NCBI GenBank assembly: GCA_964433065.1
Contig: CAYSPZ010000001.1
Location: forward strand, 28,651-92,650
Source of the DNA: an uncultured Eubacteriales bacterium
Lineage (GTDB): Bacteria; Bacillota; Clostridia; Oscillospirales; Acutalibacteraceae
DNA length: 64,000 nt
Reading direction: 5' to 3'
Positions 9,595-18,205 of the stretch are shown here, one piece after another. Each line of letters opens with the position of its first letter. The first letter of the stretch is position 1. The translations under genes were made by a program, and so were the position numbers. The notes below the pieces were generated by a model that saw only the letters and a list, made by a program, of their open reading frames with translations, ran no database searches and had not been told where the DNA came from.

Positions 9595-10853
9595 TTCATC
9601 ACTTCATCGTATAAGATTTCACGCATCGTTTCGGCATTACATACCGTATTGTGATTGCGTGATGCGGTTGCTAAAGCGTTTTGAATATACCGTTGTTGCA
9701 AAGGTTCATCGTTTATCAGTTGTGATAACCGTTCGTGCAGGGTATCGGGATCGGTGATCACACAGGCACAGTCGTGCCGTTTTAAGTACTCGACACAGGC
9801 AAGGGGTTCGGGCGCGTACACCACGAAACATCTGCCGCTTGCCAGCGAATCACCGATCTTGGCGGTGAATGCCGTGCGCAATTTTTCGTACACGGTCGGG
9901 TCGAACGATTCGGTGTGGAGAAGAAAATCACTGTTTTCGATCACCCGTACCACCTGCTCGTACGGCACCCTGCTGTGGAAGCGGATACCTGCCTCCATAT
10001 TCAGTTCGTTGGTTGTGGTATCATCGGCACCGCCGTAAACGTCCAGCGCATAGTCAGACGAAATGGATTGCAGTGCTCTGGCGATCTCGATGAGGGAACG
10101 ATGCCGTTTTAAGCCGAGATTGCCCGCGTAGGAGAAGATCGGCGGATCGTTTAACGGTCGCGGTGACGGTTTGACCGTGGTTGACTGGTAGATAACGGTA
10201 CCGCGTTTGCCGAACGCCGTTTCGTATAATTGGTTGAGTGCGTCGTTTAAATAGATCTCGTGCGAACTGTACGCCATCAGTTTTCGGAATGCGCGGTTAC
10301 TTTCGGCGCGGTACAGTCTGTATAGCAGACCGTCGCCTTTTTGAGGACGGTCAAAGTAATAACTTTCGGTATTGTAAATGACAAGCGGCAACCGCCGTTT
10401 TTTGGCGATACGCAAGGCGATATTCGGAATAAAGGACGAGCCGCCGACCATCACGAGAACGATCTCGGGTGCGAAATCGTCGATCCAGCGGTCGAAGTCT
10501 TTCCCCCACCACCGCCGCGCGTTCCATACGGTATCGCGGATCAAGCGTTTTAAAGGGGATCGGGCACCTTTTCCCGCCGCCGAATCGGGTGCTGCGGACT
10601 CGGTGACTGCCGTCACCGTTTCGCCGTACCGTTTACCGGTCACAAACGAGCGCATGGCTTGTTTGTCGGTGACGCGGTAGTAGCGGCGGCAAACGGGGAA
10701 ATCGGGCGTTTCGTTTGCCACGAAAAACTGCGCCAGACAGTCGGGGTCCCATTCGCTGAAATATTGGCTCAGTACCTTGCCGTTGTTGGTGTTGCCGTAT
10801 GAAAATGCATTCATACTGATCACCAGTACGCGCGGAAAGTTGCCTTTGTTCAT
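9591..10853 (-). CDS. Glycosyltransferase-like protein (GT-B C-terminal domain, unassigned N-terminal domain)
   Basis: The C-terminal part (FSYAGNLG..DVYGG..FLLHTESF..KIGDSLASGRCFVVY) resembles a GT4 donor domain. A 4-nt overlap links it to the downstream GT. Confidence 0.5.
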   Translation of the reverse strand: MNKGNFPRVLVISMNAFSYGNTNNGKVLSQYFSEWDPDCLAQFFVANETPDFPVCRRYYRVTDKQAMRSFVTGKRYGETVTAVTESAAPDSAAGKGARSPLKRLIRDTVWNARRWWGKDFDRWIDDFAPEIVLVMVGGSSFIPNIALRIAKKRRLPLVIYNTESYYFDRPQKGDGLLYRLYRAESNRAFRKLMAYSSHEIYLNDALNQLYETAFGKRGTVIYQSTTVKPSPRPLNDPPIFSYAGNLGLKRHRSLIEIARALQSISSDYALDVYGGADDTTTNELNMEAGIRFHSRVPYEQVVRVIENSDFLLHTESFDPTVYEKLRTAFTAKIGDSLASGRCFVVYAPEPLACVEYLKRHDCACVITDPDTLHERLSQLINDEPLQQRYIQNALATASRNHNTVCNAETMREILYDEVMK

Positions 10854-10864
10854 AAATAAACTCC

Positions 10865-12136
10865 TTAAACGGTCAAGCCGTAGATGAACGGAACCGTTGT
10901 AATAATGGTCAAATAGGACAGGATATCAAACCAGATGGAGTATTTGAAATAGTCGTTGAACTGGTAGCCGACCGACATCGACATACCGAGCGTAGAACTC
11001 GCGAGCGGGCAACTGAGTGCAACACCCGACGCGATGGTGATACCGAGCGCGAAGGAATACGCGTTCAGACCCATCGACGGTGCGATTGCGAGGACGATGG
11101 GTAACACGATGAGGATCGCGGTGGAGTTGGACATAAATTCGCTGGTGAACTGTACGAAGAACACCAGAATACAGAACAGGACGAACGGGCTGACCGAGTC
11201 ACCCACCAGTTTGGCGAACAGGTCGGCGATCAGTTCGGTGCCGCCTGCTTTTTCGAGTGCTTTGGCAAGACCAAGACAACCGGCAAGTCTGCCGACAATG
11301 TTCCAGTTGACCGAGAGGATCGCTTTCTTCTGCGAGATGCAACCGGTGATGATACACAGAAGCGCCGCAGAGGTACTGGTGATGGCGAGCGGCAACCATT
11401 CGGTGATATACAGAACCACCGTGGCGGCAAAGATGACCGCCATCACGATCATTTTGGGTTTGCTGTGGGTAAGTTCGGTGCTCGGTGCGACGAGATCGTC
11501 CGCATCGTCGTCGGGACGGTTGCCCCAGATCTTTTCACCGCGTTTGCGGCCGACAAACAGGCAGTACAGCAGACCAAAGATGACCAGGATACCGCCGACC
11601 AGCGTAAAGTCAAACGTTTTGAAGGTGCGCAGACCTGCGTCTTCAAGCAGACCTTGCGCGGTCATTTGTTGGGTGGAACCGACCAGCGTGGACGCACCGC
11701 CGATGACACAACCGTAGGCGATCGGCATAATGAGGTTCTTTGCTTTCACCGCACCGGTCGCGGCAAGACCCATAATGATGGGAATAAAGATCGCGAGTAC
11801 TGCCGAGTTGGTCAAAAAGGCGGACATTGCCGCCGATACCAGATAGGTGCCGACGATCAGTTTCACTTCCGAGCCTTTGGACACCTTGACGATCCATGCG
11901 CCGATGGTTTCGGCAAGACCGGTTTCGGAGATCGCCGCGCCGATGATCATAACGCCGATGGTCAGAATGACGGTGCTGGATGCGAATTGACCGAACGCGG
12001 TCTTAAAATCGCACACACCGAAGATGACCATTACCGTGCAACCTAAGATCGCGGTGGTCGCCATCGGGAGTTTGTCCCACACGAACAACACGATACACGC
12101 GACAAATAAGATCAGTGATAATACGTCTAAACCCAT
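10865..12136 (-). CDS. SLC13/DASS (ArsB/NhaD superfamily) anion or carboxylate permease
   Basis: 423 aa made of two hydrophobic halves split by a charged loop (GRKRGEKIWGNRPDDDADD), typical of DASS-type permeases. It is embedded co-directionally in the polysaccharide operon. Confidence 0.6.
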   Translation of the reverse strand: MGLDVLSLILFVACIVLFVWDKLPMATTAILGCTVMVIFGVCDFKTAFGQFASSTVILTIGVMIIGAAISETGLAETIGAWIVKVSKGSEVKLIVGTYLVSAAMSAFLTNSAVLAIFIPIIMGLAATGAVKAKNLIMPIAYGCVIGGASTLVGSTQQMTAQGLLEDAGLRTFKTFDFTLVGGILVIFGLLYCLFVGRKRGEKIWGNRPDDDADDLVAPSTELTHSKPKMIVMAVIFAATVVLYITEWLPLAITSTSAALLCIITGCISQKKAILSVNWNIVGRLAGCLGLAKALEKAGGTELIADLFAKLVGDSVSPFVLFCILVFFVQFTSEFMSNSTAILIVLPIVLAIAPSMGLNAYSFALGITIASGVALSCPLASSTLGMSMSVGYQFNDYFKYSIWFDILSYLTIITTVPFIYGLTV

Positions 12137-12160
12137 AGTTAAAAACCTCTCTTTGTATAA

Positions 12161-13069
12161 TTATTTCGATACGCGATATGCGTTATCTTGTTCTTCATTG
12201 GAACGCAGGATGCGGTCCACCTCTTCGCGCGGTAAGAATTTCCGTTTGAATTTCATTGACAGAAAATTGCGAAGCGACGGCGGAATAAGCAGTTGGTACA
12301 CCACGCGCACGGCGCTTTGTTTCAGGTACGTTTTGCGGTCGCACAGACCGTGTTGCAACATATAGCGGCGCAAAGCGGCGCCCGCTTTGAAATACGTCCA
12401 GCCGCCGTGGCGACGGGCCTGGTTTCTGCCGATCCGCACATACACTAAATATTCGGGGATATTGCGGAAGGTGCAACCCGCTTCGATCATCCGCGTCCAC
12501 AGGTAATAGTCCTCGTGGTAGTGCAGGTGTTGGTAGTTGCCCGCTTTGAGTACCGCGTCGCGGCGGAACAGGACGGTCACGTGGCTCATCGGGCTGCGGC
12601 GCGGCAAAAACCGGGCAATCTCCTCGTGGGTGAGTTTCCGTTTCGCGGAAGAGACTTGTCCGCTTTGCAGATCGTCGCAAAAACCGAGCGTCCAACCGCC
12701 GATCACGTCGGCGGGTTGTTGTTTGTACGCTTCGATCTGTTTATAGAACCGACCGGGGGCGGAAATGTCGTCGCTGTCCATTCGCAGGATCAGGTCGTAC
12801 CGACATTCTTCCACCGCTAATTTTAAGGCTTGTCCCAGTCCGCCGTTTCGTTCCAGTTGACGGACGGTAAAGTTGCCGTATTGTGCGGCATAACGGTCGA
12901 TGATCTGTTGCAGTTCACTGCCGATCGGACCGTCGATCACCAGAAAGATCTCGTCCGCAGGCAGCGACTGGGTACAGATGCTTTCGAGCGCCTGTTCCAA
13001 CTGTTCCGGTCGGTCGTTCTTGTAGACCGACATTGCCACCGAAAATTGGTATTGTTTGTCTGACATCAT
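12161..13069 (-). CDS. Glycosyltransferase family 2
   Basis: FSVAMSVYKNDRPEQLEQALESI..QSLPADEIFLVIDGP..RMDSDD is the GT2 (GT-A) signature, including a DXD-type motif. Confidence 0.8.
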   Translation of the reverse strand: MMSDKQYQFSVAMSVYKNDRPEQLEQALESICTQSLPADEIFLVIDGPIGSELQQIIDRYAAQYGNFTVRQLERNGGLGQALKLAVEECRYDLILRMDSDDISAPGRFYKQIEAYKQQPADVIGGWTLGFCDDLQSGQVSSAKRKLTHEEIARFLPRRSPMSHVTVLFRRDAVLKAGNYQHLHYHEDYYLWTRMIEAGCTFRNIPEYLVYVRIGRNQARRHGGWTYFKAGAALRRYMLQHGLCDRKTYLKQSAVRVVYQLLIPPSLRNFLSMKFKRKFLPREEVDRILRSNEEQDNAYRVSK

Positions 13070-13078
13070 TGCAAACTC

Positions 13079-14239
13079 CTATCTCTTGCGTTTTTCCATT
13101 CCTTTTTTATTCTTCATAACGCATTGAATGGAGTAGGTAACGTACGGCAGGGGATCGGACAACGAGAAAACGATATCCTTGATTCCCTTACGACCGGTGG
13201 TGGAGGGTTCTTTGCGGAACCTGTCTTTCGATTTTGCCCACCACATAAACCCTGCCTGCGAGTGGGATACCCGCATACCGTAGTTGAGTTGTTCGGGAGC
13301 GGGGGTGACGATCACGCCGTAGGCAAGTTCCAGTAATTGACGGACGATGGGCAAACCCGCCAGTACGCTGACTTTGAAACTGGCGGAAATTCTTCCGTTG
13401 ATCTCCATCACTTTCGGGATCTTATCGTGTTCGTTTTCGATGAAGCACACCGACGCGTAGCCGCGCCAGCCCATCATCTGTAACAACAGTTCGGATTGTT
13501 TGGCAACGTCGGGCATATCGACGCTTTCAAACAGACTGTTGGTGCCGATGCCGAGCGGATACGGGCGGGTGGATTTGGAGATCATCGAGGATACGGCATT
13601 GCCGTTGTCGTCGATGACGGTATAGGATACGCGGTGTACTTCCGCTTCTTCGACAAATTCCTGAATGACGTATTCTTCGACCACCACATCGCCGCTTTCG
13701 ATGAGCGCGTCGAGTTCTTCGCGGTTATGTACTTTTTTAAAGCCGACCGAACCGCGACCCTGACGGGGTTTGAGCGCGAGCGGGAAGGACACTTTTTGAA
13801 GGTATTCGTCCATCGTTTCGTCGTCCATCTTGGTGATGGGGCAACCGATGCCGTTTTCCATACAGATCTTCATGGTCAACTGCTTGTCGTGCGCTTTTTT
13901 ACACGCGTCGAGCGGCGGCGCGACCACCTTGACGTAAGGGGTCAGGTCGTCGATACGACGGGCAATGATCTCGGTGGATTCTTCCAAAACAGGGAAGATG
14001 ACGTCGTATTCACCCGATCTCGCGGCATCGAGAATCCATTGCTCGTAGTACGCGAGATCCTCTTGAAACCGATCGTCCAGTATCCGCTTTTTCGGGTAAC
14101 GGGACGCGTATCCCACGTCCAATTTCGAGCCGTTGAGGGTGGTGACAATACATCCGAGTTTGTTCAGTTCTTTTAACAGGATCGCATTCTGGCGGCAGTA
14201 TCCGTCCAGCAGCAATACTCTGATACCCTTAAAATTCAT
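13079..14239 (-). CDS. ATP-grasp domain ligase
   Basis: Pre-ATP-grasp Rossmann-like N-terminus, then KPRQGRGSVGFKKV and EYVIQEF..VMEINGR motifs typical of ATP-grasp carboxylate-amine ligases. Confidence 0.7.
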   Translation of the reverse strand: MNFKGIRVLLLDGYCRQNAILLKELNKLGCIVTTLNGSKLDVGYASRYPKKRILDDRFQEDLAYYEQWILDAARSGEYDVIFPVLEESTEIIARRIDDLTPYVKVVAPPLDACKKAHDKQLTMKICMENGIGCPITKMDDETMDEYLQKVSFPLALKPRQGRGSVGFKKVHNREELDALIESGDVVVEEYVIQEFVEEAEVHRVSYTVIDDNGNAVSSMISKSTRPYPLGIGTNSLFESVDMPDVAKQSELLLQMMGWRGYASVCFIENEHDKIPKVMEINGRISASFKVSVLAGLPIVRQLLELAYGVIVTPAPEQLNYGMRVSHSQAGFMWWAKSKDRFRKEPSTTGRKGIKDIVFSLSDPLPYVTYSIQCVMKNKKGMEKRKR

Positions 14240-14256
14240 ACTGTTACTCCTTTTCG

Positions 14257-15117
14257 TTAACGGCTTCTCAGCGGGAATACCGCTTTGTGAAGCAGATACG
14301 TACGTTTATTTTCGCCAAGGATCGCTTTAAGTACCGCATACCCCGCACGGACCATCCATCGGGGAAGATATACCACGAATTTCGCGCGACCTTGTCGTTT
14401 TTCGTCACGGATATAGTCCGCCGTGTTCATCCGCTGTGCATCTTTGATGATCCGCACATCGTTTTGTGGCGTTTCACCGCACCAGTCGACCATCGCTTTT
14501 ACGGCGCCGTTGATATTTAAGATCTCATATTCTGTACCGCTGCCGATGCGGTAGGCAATGTTCGGATATTTCAGATAATACCGTTTTTGAATATCCCGTT
14601 TTACCGTGTCGGTATAGACGGGAGACAAGCGGAAGATCGTGTAGCAGTTGAGTTTTTGGCACTGCGTTTCCGCCAACACTTTGGAGGCCGCGTAATACGA
14701 GATCGGCTGCGGTTTTGTGTTCCCGTCAACCACCGACTGCGTAAACCCGTACACGTCTACCGTACTGATGAACAAGAGCGGTCGTTCATCCGCCGCTTCG
14801 AATACGTTGGCGGCACAATCCACGTTTACATGTCGGTATTCTTCCCACGTATAATCTTTTCCGTTAACGAAATGAGCCAACGCCGCCAGATGGATCACAC
14901 GGCCGACCGCGTGATCGCTGATGATCTGTTTGAGCGTTTGCGTATCCGCCAGATCGACAACGTAATGCGTGTATCGTTCGTCCTCCACACAGGCATTTTG
15001 GCGGTCGATACCGATAACACGGTATCCTGCCGCCAAAATTCCTTGCACCGTTGCCGACCCGATCATACCGGAGGCACCGGTTATGAGAACGGTCTGTAAG
15101 TTGGTTTGCTCAATCAT
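14257..15117 (-). CDS. NAD-dependent sugar epimerase/dehydratase (extended SDR)
   Basis: VLITGASGMIGS glycine motif and a YYAASK catalytic motif. Start moved to MIEQTN (15117), which gives an ATGA overlap with the upstream gene. Confidence 0.75.
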   Translation of the reverse strand: MIEQTNLQTVLITGASGMIGSATVQGILAAGYRVIGIDRQNACVEDERYTHYVVDLADTQTLKQIISDHAVGRVIHLAALAHFVNGKDYTWEEYRHVNVDCAANVFEAADERPLLFISTVDVYGFTQSVVDGNTKPQPISYYAASKVLAETQCQKLNCYTIFRLSPVYTDTVKRDIQKRYYLKYPNIAYRIGSGTEYEILNINGAVKAMVDWCGETPQNDVRIIKDAQRMNTADYIRDEKRQGRAKFVVYLPRWMVRAGYAVLKAILGENKRTYLLHKAVFPLRSR

Positions 15118-15815
15118 ACACGAACCTCTTGTTCTTGTGTTTCGTCCGTCGTCGGTGCGCAGGCGATCAGTTCGTCCAGCATCCATTGCGGGTTTTTACG
15201 GACGATCATCGAGAAGATGCAGATCACCGTGTACCAGATCAGTTTGATGTCGTACCACACACCCATATGGTTAGGGTAGTACACTTCCAGTTCCAATCGG
15301 GTGGGCAGGACCAATCGTTCGTAGTCGTCGGTGCCTTCGATGGCATCACCGTACAGGTAATCATACAGTGCCGCAGGGCTGGTCAGACCGGGACGAACCT
15401 CTGCCGCAACGGCATATTTGCCCGCGCGCATAATGTGGACCTGATCTTTCGCCGCAGGACGGGGACCGACCACCGACATCGAACCGTCCAGTACGTTGAG
15501 CAGTTGCGGCAGTTCGTCGATCTTTAGTTTGCGGATCACCTTACCGAACGGGAAGATACGGTCCGCGTCAGCCTTGAAACTGGCTTCGCTTTTCTCGGCA
15601 TCGTTTCTCGCAACCCGCATACTGCGGAATTTCCACATCGCAAATTCTTCGTTATGTAAGCCGATCCGCCGCGCTTTGAAGAAGATCGGACCGGGATCCG
15701 AAAGAAAGATACCCAGTATGGTGACGATCCAGATGGGGGACGTTACCAGAATGCCGAGCAACGCGGCAACGATATCAAAGCAGCGTTTACAGAATAAATA
15801 CCCTTTTCGGTTCAT
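15114..15815 (-). CDS. Small phosphoglycosyl transferase (bacterial sugar transferase, PglC/WbaP C-terminal type), initiating enzyme
   Basis: KRCFDIVAALLGILVTSPIW..GPIFFKARRIG..FAMWKFRSM..DELPQLLNVLDGSMSVVGPRP is the PF02397-type signature. Confidence 0.85.
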   Translation of the reverse strand: MNRKGYLFCKRCFDIVAALLGILVTSPIWIVTILGIFLSDPGPIFFKARRIGLHNEEFAMWKFRSMRVARNDAEKSEASFKADADRIFPFGKVIRKLKIDELPQLLNVLDGSMSVVGPRPAAKDQVHIMRAGKYAVAAEVRPGLTSPAALYDYLYGDAIEGTDDYERLVLPTRLELEVYYPNHMGVWYDIKLIWYTVICIFSMIVRKNPQWMLDELIACAPTTDETQEQEVRV

Positions 15816-16495
15816 TACACAATTCTCCTAAACACAGATTCAAACGCTTCCGCGTAGTAGCAACCCGCCTGTGAACCGCGATAGGCGGCAAGACCTTTCA
15901 GGGTCTCTTCACTGCGGGGGTGGGGGTACGGACGCATCACACCGCGATAGCGGGCAAGGGCGGCGATCTTCATATCGACACCGTCTTTACCGACCTCAAC
16001 AAAGGTGTTGGGTTGGAATCGGTTCATCGCGTTGTTCAGGTTCCAGTCGGTAGCGGAGAGCGCTTCCATAAACCAGACCTGCTGAATGGGTCTGACCTCC
16101 GGACGACGTTGGAACAACCGCACCGCCGCACTGCACGCGAGCGACGTGTGCAGATGGTCGTTGTTGGTGTCCGCCGGATGGTGGGTGATGACCACGTCCG
16201 CCTGTGACTCAATGATGGCTTTTTCGATAAACTGAACCAGACGCAGATGCGGTTCGGCATTCATCTCAATATTTGGGAAATCACCCAGATACAGATTGCG
16301 GACACCAAGCATTTTGGTGCTTTGACGCATATCGTCGTCCAATTCCTCATTTTCGGGACGGAACGCACGGGCTTTCGCCGCCGCGCACATAATGCAAACA
16401 TCGACGTTGTGTCCTTCCTTTGTCCATTTGTAGATCGACGCACCCGCGCCCAATGCCTCATCATCCGGATGAGCGACAACGATCAAATAGTTCAT
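15815..16495 (-). CDS. PIG-L/LmbE-family N-acetylglucosaminyl deacetylase
   Basis: The N-terminal VVAHPDDEALG motif plus HHPADTNNDH are the zinc-binding signature of the LmbE/PIG-L family. First gene of the operon. Confidence 0.8.
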   Translation of the reverse strand: MNYLIVVAHPDDEALGAGASIYKWTKEGHNVDVCIMCAAAKARAFRPENEELDDDMRQSTKMLGVRNLYLGDFPNIEMNAEPHLRLVQFIEKAIIESQADVVITHHPADTNNDHLHTSLACSAAVRLFQRRPEVRPIQQVWFMEALSATDWNLNNAMNRFQPNTFVEVGKDGVDMKIAALARYRGVMRPYPHPRSEETLKGLAAYRGSQAGCYYAEAFESVFRRIV

Positions 16496-16562
16496 ACCCT
16501 GACTCCCCTACTATCTCTAAAAAATATTACTCCCAGAATAAAAAAATAACTATACATTGTTT

Positions 16563-16591
16563 ATTATAGCACCCCTTTTTGTAAAACGCAA
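16563..16591 (-). promoter_or_regulatory. Candidate sigma-70-type promoter of the polysaccharide operon
   Basis: On the minus strand: TTGCGT, 17 nt, TATAAT, with a TGC just upstream of the -10. It lies about 70 nt upstream of the ATG at 16495. Confidence 0.45.
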
Positions 16592-16626
16592 CCATTATAT
16601 TTTTTGTGACCGTAAGAAGGATATTC

Positions 16627-16655
16627 TTGACTTTGCGCAGGAGCCATGCTTTAAT
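16627..16655 (+). promoter_or_regulatory. Candidate promoter of the GH43 gene
   Basis: TTGACT, 17 nt, TTTAAT preceded by TGC (extended -10). It lies about 15 nt upstream of the AAAGGA RBS and the GTG start. Confidence 0.45.
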
Positions 16656-16669
16656 TTTTTTGAAAGGAT

Positions 16670-18109
16670 GTGGTGAAGTTGAACCTGAAAGAAGTGCTTA
16701 AATGTGCCAATCCGTATATGCCGTTATGGGAACACGTTCCGGACGGCGAACCGCGTGTGTTTGAGTATAACGGCGAAAAGCGGTTGTACGTATACGGCTC
16801 TCACGACACCAATCCGAACAACTACTGCGGCAACGATTACGTGGTATGGAGCGCACCGATCGACGATCTGACCGACTGGACCTATCACGGTGTCTGCTAT
16901 GAGGTGGAAGAAACCAATCGTCTGTGTGCACCCGACGTCGTACAAAAAGGCGATACGTTTTATCTGTACGCGGCGGAAAAAGGCAACACCTTGACCACCG
17001 TTTCAAGCAGTAAATGTCCCTATGGTCCGTTTGTTGATCCTATTCCGACCAAGATCGGCGAGGACGTCGGTGTGTTGGTGGACGACGACGGAAAGGTGTA
17101 CGCCTACTGGGGATACGCGATGGCGCAATGTGCCGAACTTGAAGAGGATATGGCCACCATCAAAGAAGAAACGCGTCGTGAACACATGATCGGTCACACC
17201 CGTATCGATTTTCGCCCTCACGACGAGCACGAGATCGTTGAGGACGGTTTCTTCGAGGCGGCTTCCCCGCGCAAGATCAACGGAAAATACGTGTTCATCT
17301 ACTCGAAACGCGCCAGCGACCCCGATCCGAAATACGGATGTTGGGGCGGTTGCACGATGTTTTTATCCTACCATTACAGTGACCGTCCGCTGGACGGATA
17401 CGTGCGCGGCGGGGACATTTCCATCAACTGCGGTGAACTGATCACCTTGCCCGACGGCAAGATCGGACAGACCTATCCCGAGGGTAACAATCACGGCGGT
17501 ATGGTGGAGATCGGCGGTCAATGGTACATTTTCTACCACCGTCACACCAACGCGAAACCGTTTGCCCGTCAAGCGATGCTTGAGCCGATCGACGTGGCGA
17601 TGGATGAGGACGGGCATGTGTTTATCGGCAAGATCACCTACGACGAGAACGGCAGACCGATCGCAAGTAAACCCGTTGAAATGACCTCGCAAGGACCCCA
17701 TCTCAACGGCATCGACGCCCGTAAACTCATTCCTGCGGCATACACCTGCCACATCAGCGGTGATCGCCGCGCCTACGTACAGACGGTGCACGGCGATCGC
17801 TCACTCAAAGACACCCGCGTACGCGACATTCGCAACGGCACGACGATCGGATTTCGCTATCTGCAATTCGGTGATACGACGGTAAAAACGGTTACCGTAT
17901 ACGCGAACGCCGCTGCCGATCTGCGTATCAACGTACGGGTGGATTCTTATCAAGGCGAGATCGTGTCCGTCCTGACGATGGAAAGCGGCACAACGGAAGT
18001 GACCGCACCCGTGAGTGCCGATCTTTTCGGGAAACACGCGGTATATTTCGAATTCGTCAGTGAATCGGCAGACTGCATCGCCGATTTCTATCATTTCACT
18101 TTTGACTAA
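16670..18109 (+). CDS. Glycoside hydrolase family 43-like protein with a C-terminal CBM6-like domain, no signal peptide
   Basis: NPYMPLWEHVPDGEPRVFEYNGEKRLYVYGSHD and the later five-bladed-propeller-like blocks resemble GH43. The tail (GFRYLQFG..VYFEF) resembles CBM6. GTG start. Confidence 0.65.
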   Translation: MVKLNLKEVLKCANPYMPLWEHVPDGEPRVFEYNGEKRLYVYGSHDTNPNNYCGNDYVVWSAPIDDLTDWTYHGVCYEVEETNRLCAPDVVQKGDTFYLYAAEKGNTLTTVSSSKCPYGPFVDPIPTKIGEDVGVLVDDDGKVYAYWGYAMAQCAELEEDMATIKEETRREHMIGHTRIDFRPHDEHEIVEDGFFEAASPRKINGKYVFIYSKRASDPDPKYGCWGGCTMFLSYHYSDRPLDGYVRGGDISINCGELITLPDGKIGQTYPEGNNHGGMVEIGGQWYIFYHRHTNAKPFARQAMLEPIDVAMDEDGHVFIGKITYDENGRPIASKPVEMTSQGPHLNGIDARKLIPAAYTCHISGDRRAYVQTVHGDRSLKDTRVRDIRNGTTIGFRYLQFGDTTVKTVTVYANAAADLRINVRVDSYQGEIVSVLTMESGTTEVTAPVSADLFGKHAVYFEFVSESADCIADFYHFTFD

Positions 18110-18114
18110 CAGCG

Positions 18115-18151
18115 ATGCCGCCCGCCTTTAACGGGCGGCATACTTGATTTT
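18115..18151 (+). terminator. Rho-independent terminator after the GH43 gene
   Basis: ATGCCGCCCG / CGGGCGGCAT 10-bp stem with a 7-nt loop, followed by ACTTGATTTT. Confidence 0.6.
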
Positions 18152-18172
18152 GCGACGGTGTTGTAGTATAAT
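18144..18172 (+). promoter_or_regulatory. Candidate promoter of the glpA-like operon
   Basis: TTGATT, 17 nt, TATAAT, about 33 nt upstream of the ATG at 18206 (RBS GGAGAG). Confidence 0.5.
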
Positions 18173-18205
18173 GAACGACAGTTTTACGGAACGGAGAGAA
18201 ACAAT

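Noticed and set aside
10865-12136. The two 423-aa permeases (10865-12136 and 52544-53815) as recent paralogs or a duplicated cassette.
   Set aside because: The equal length is coincidental. The sequences differ throughout (different N-termini and loop positions) and the flanking genes are unrelated.
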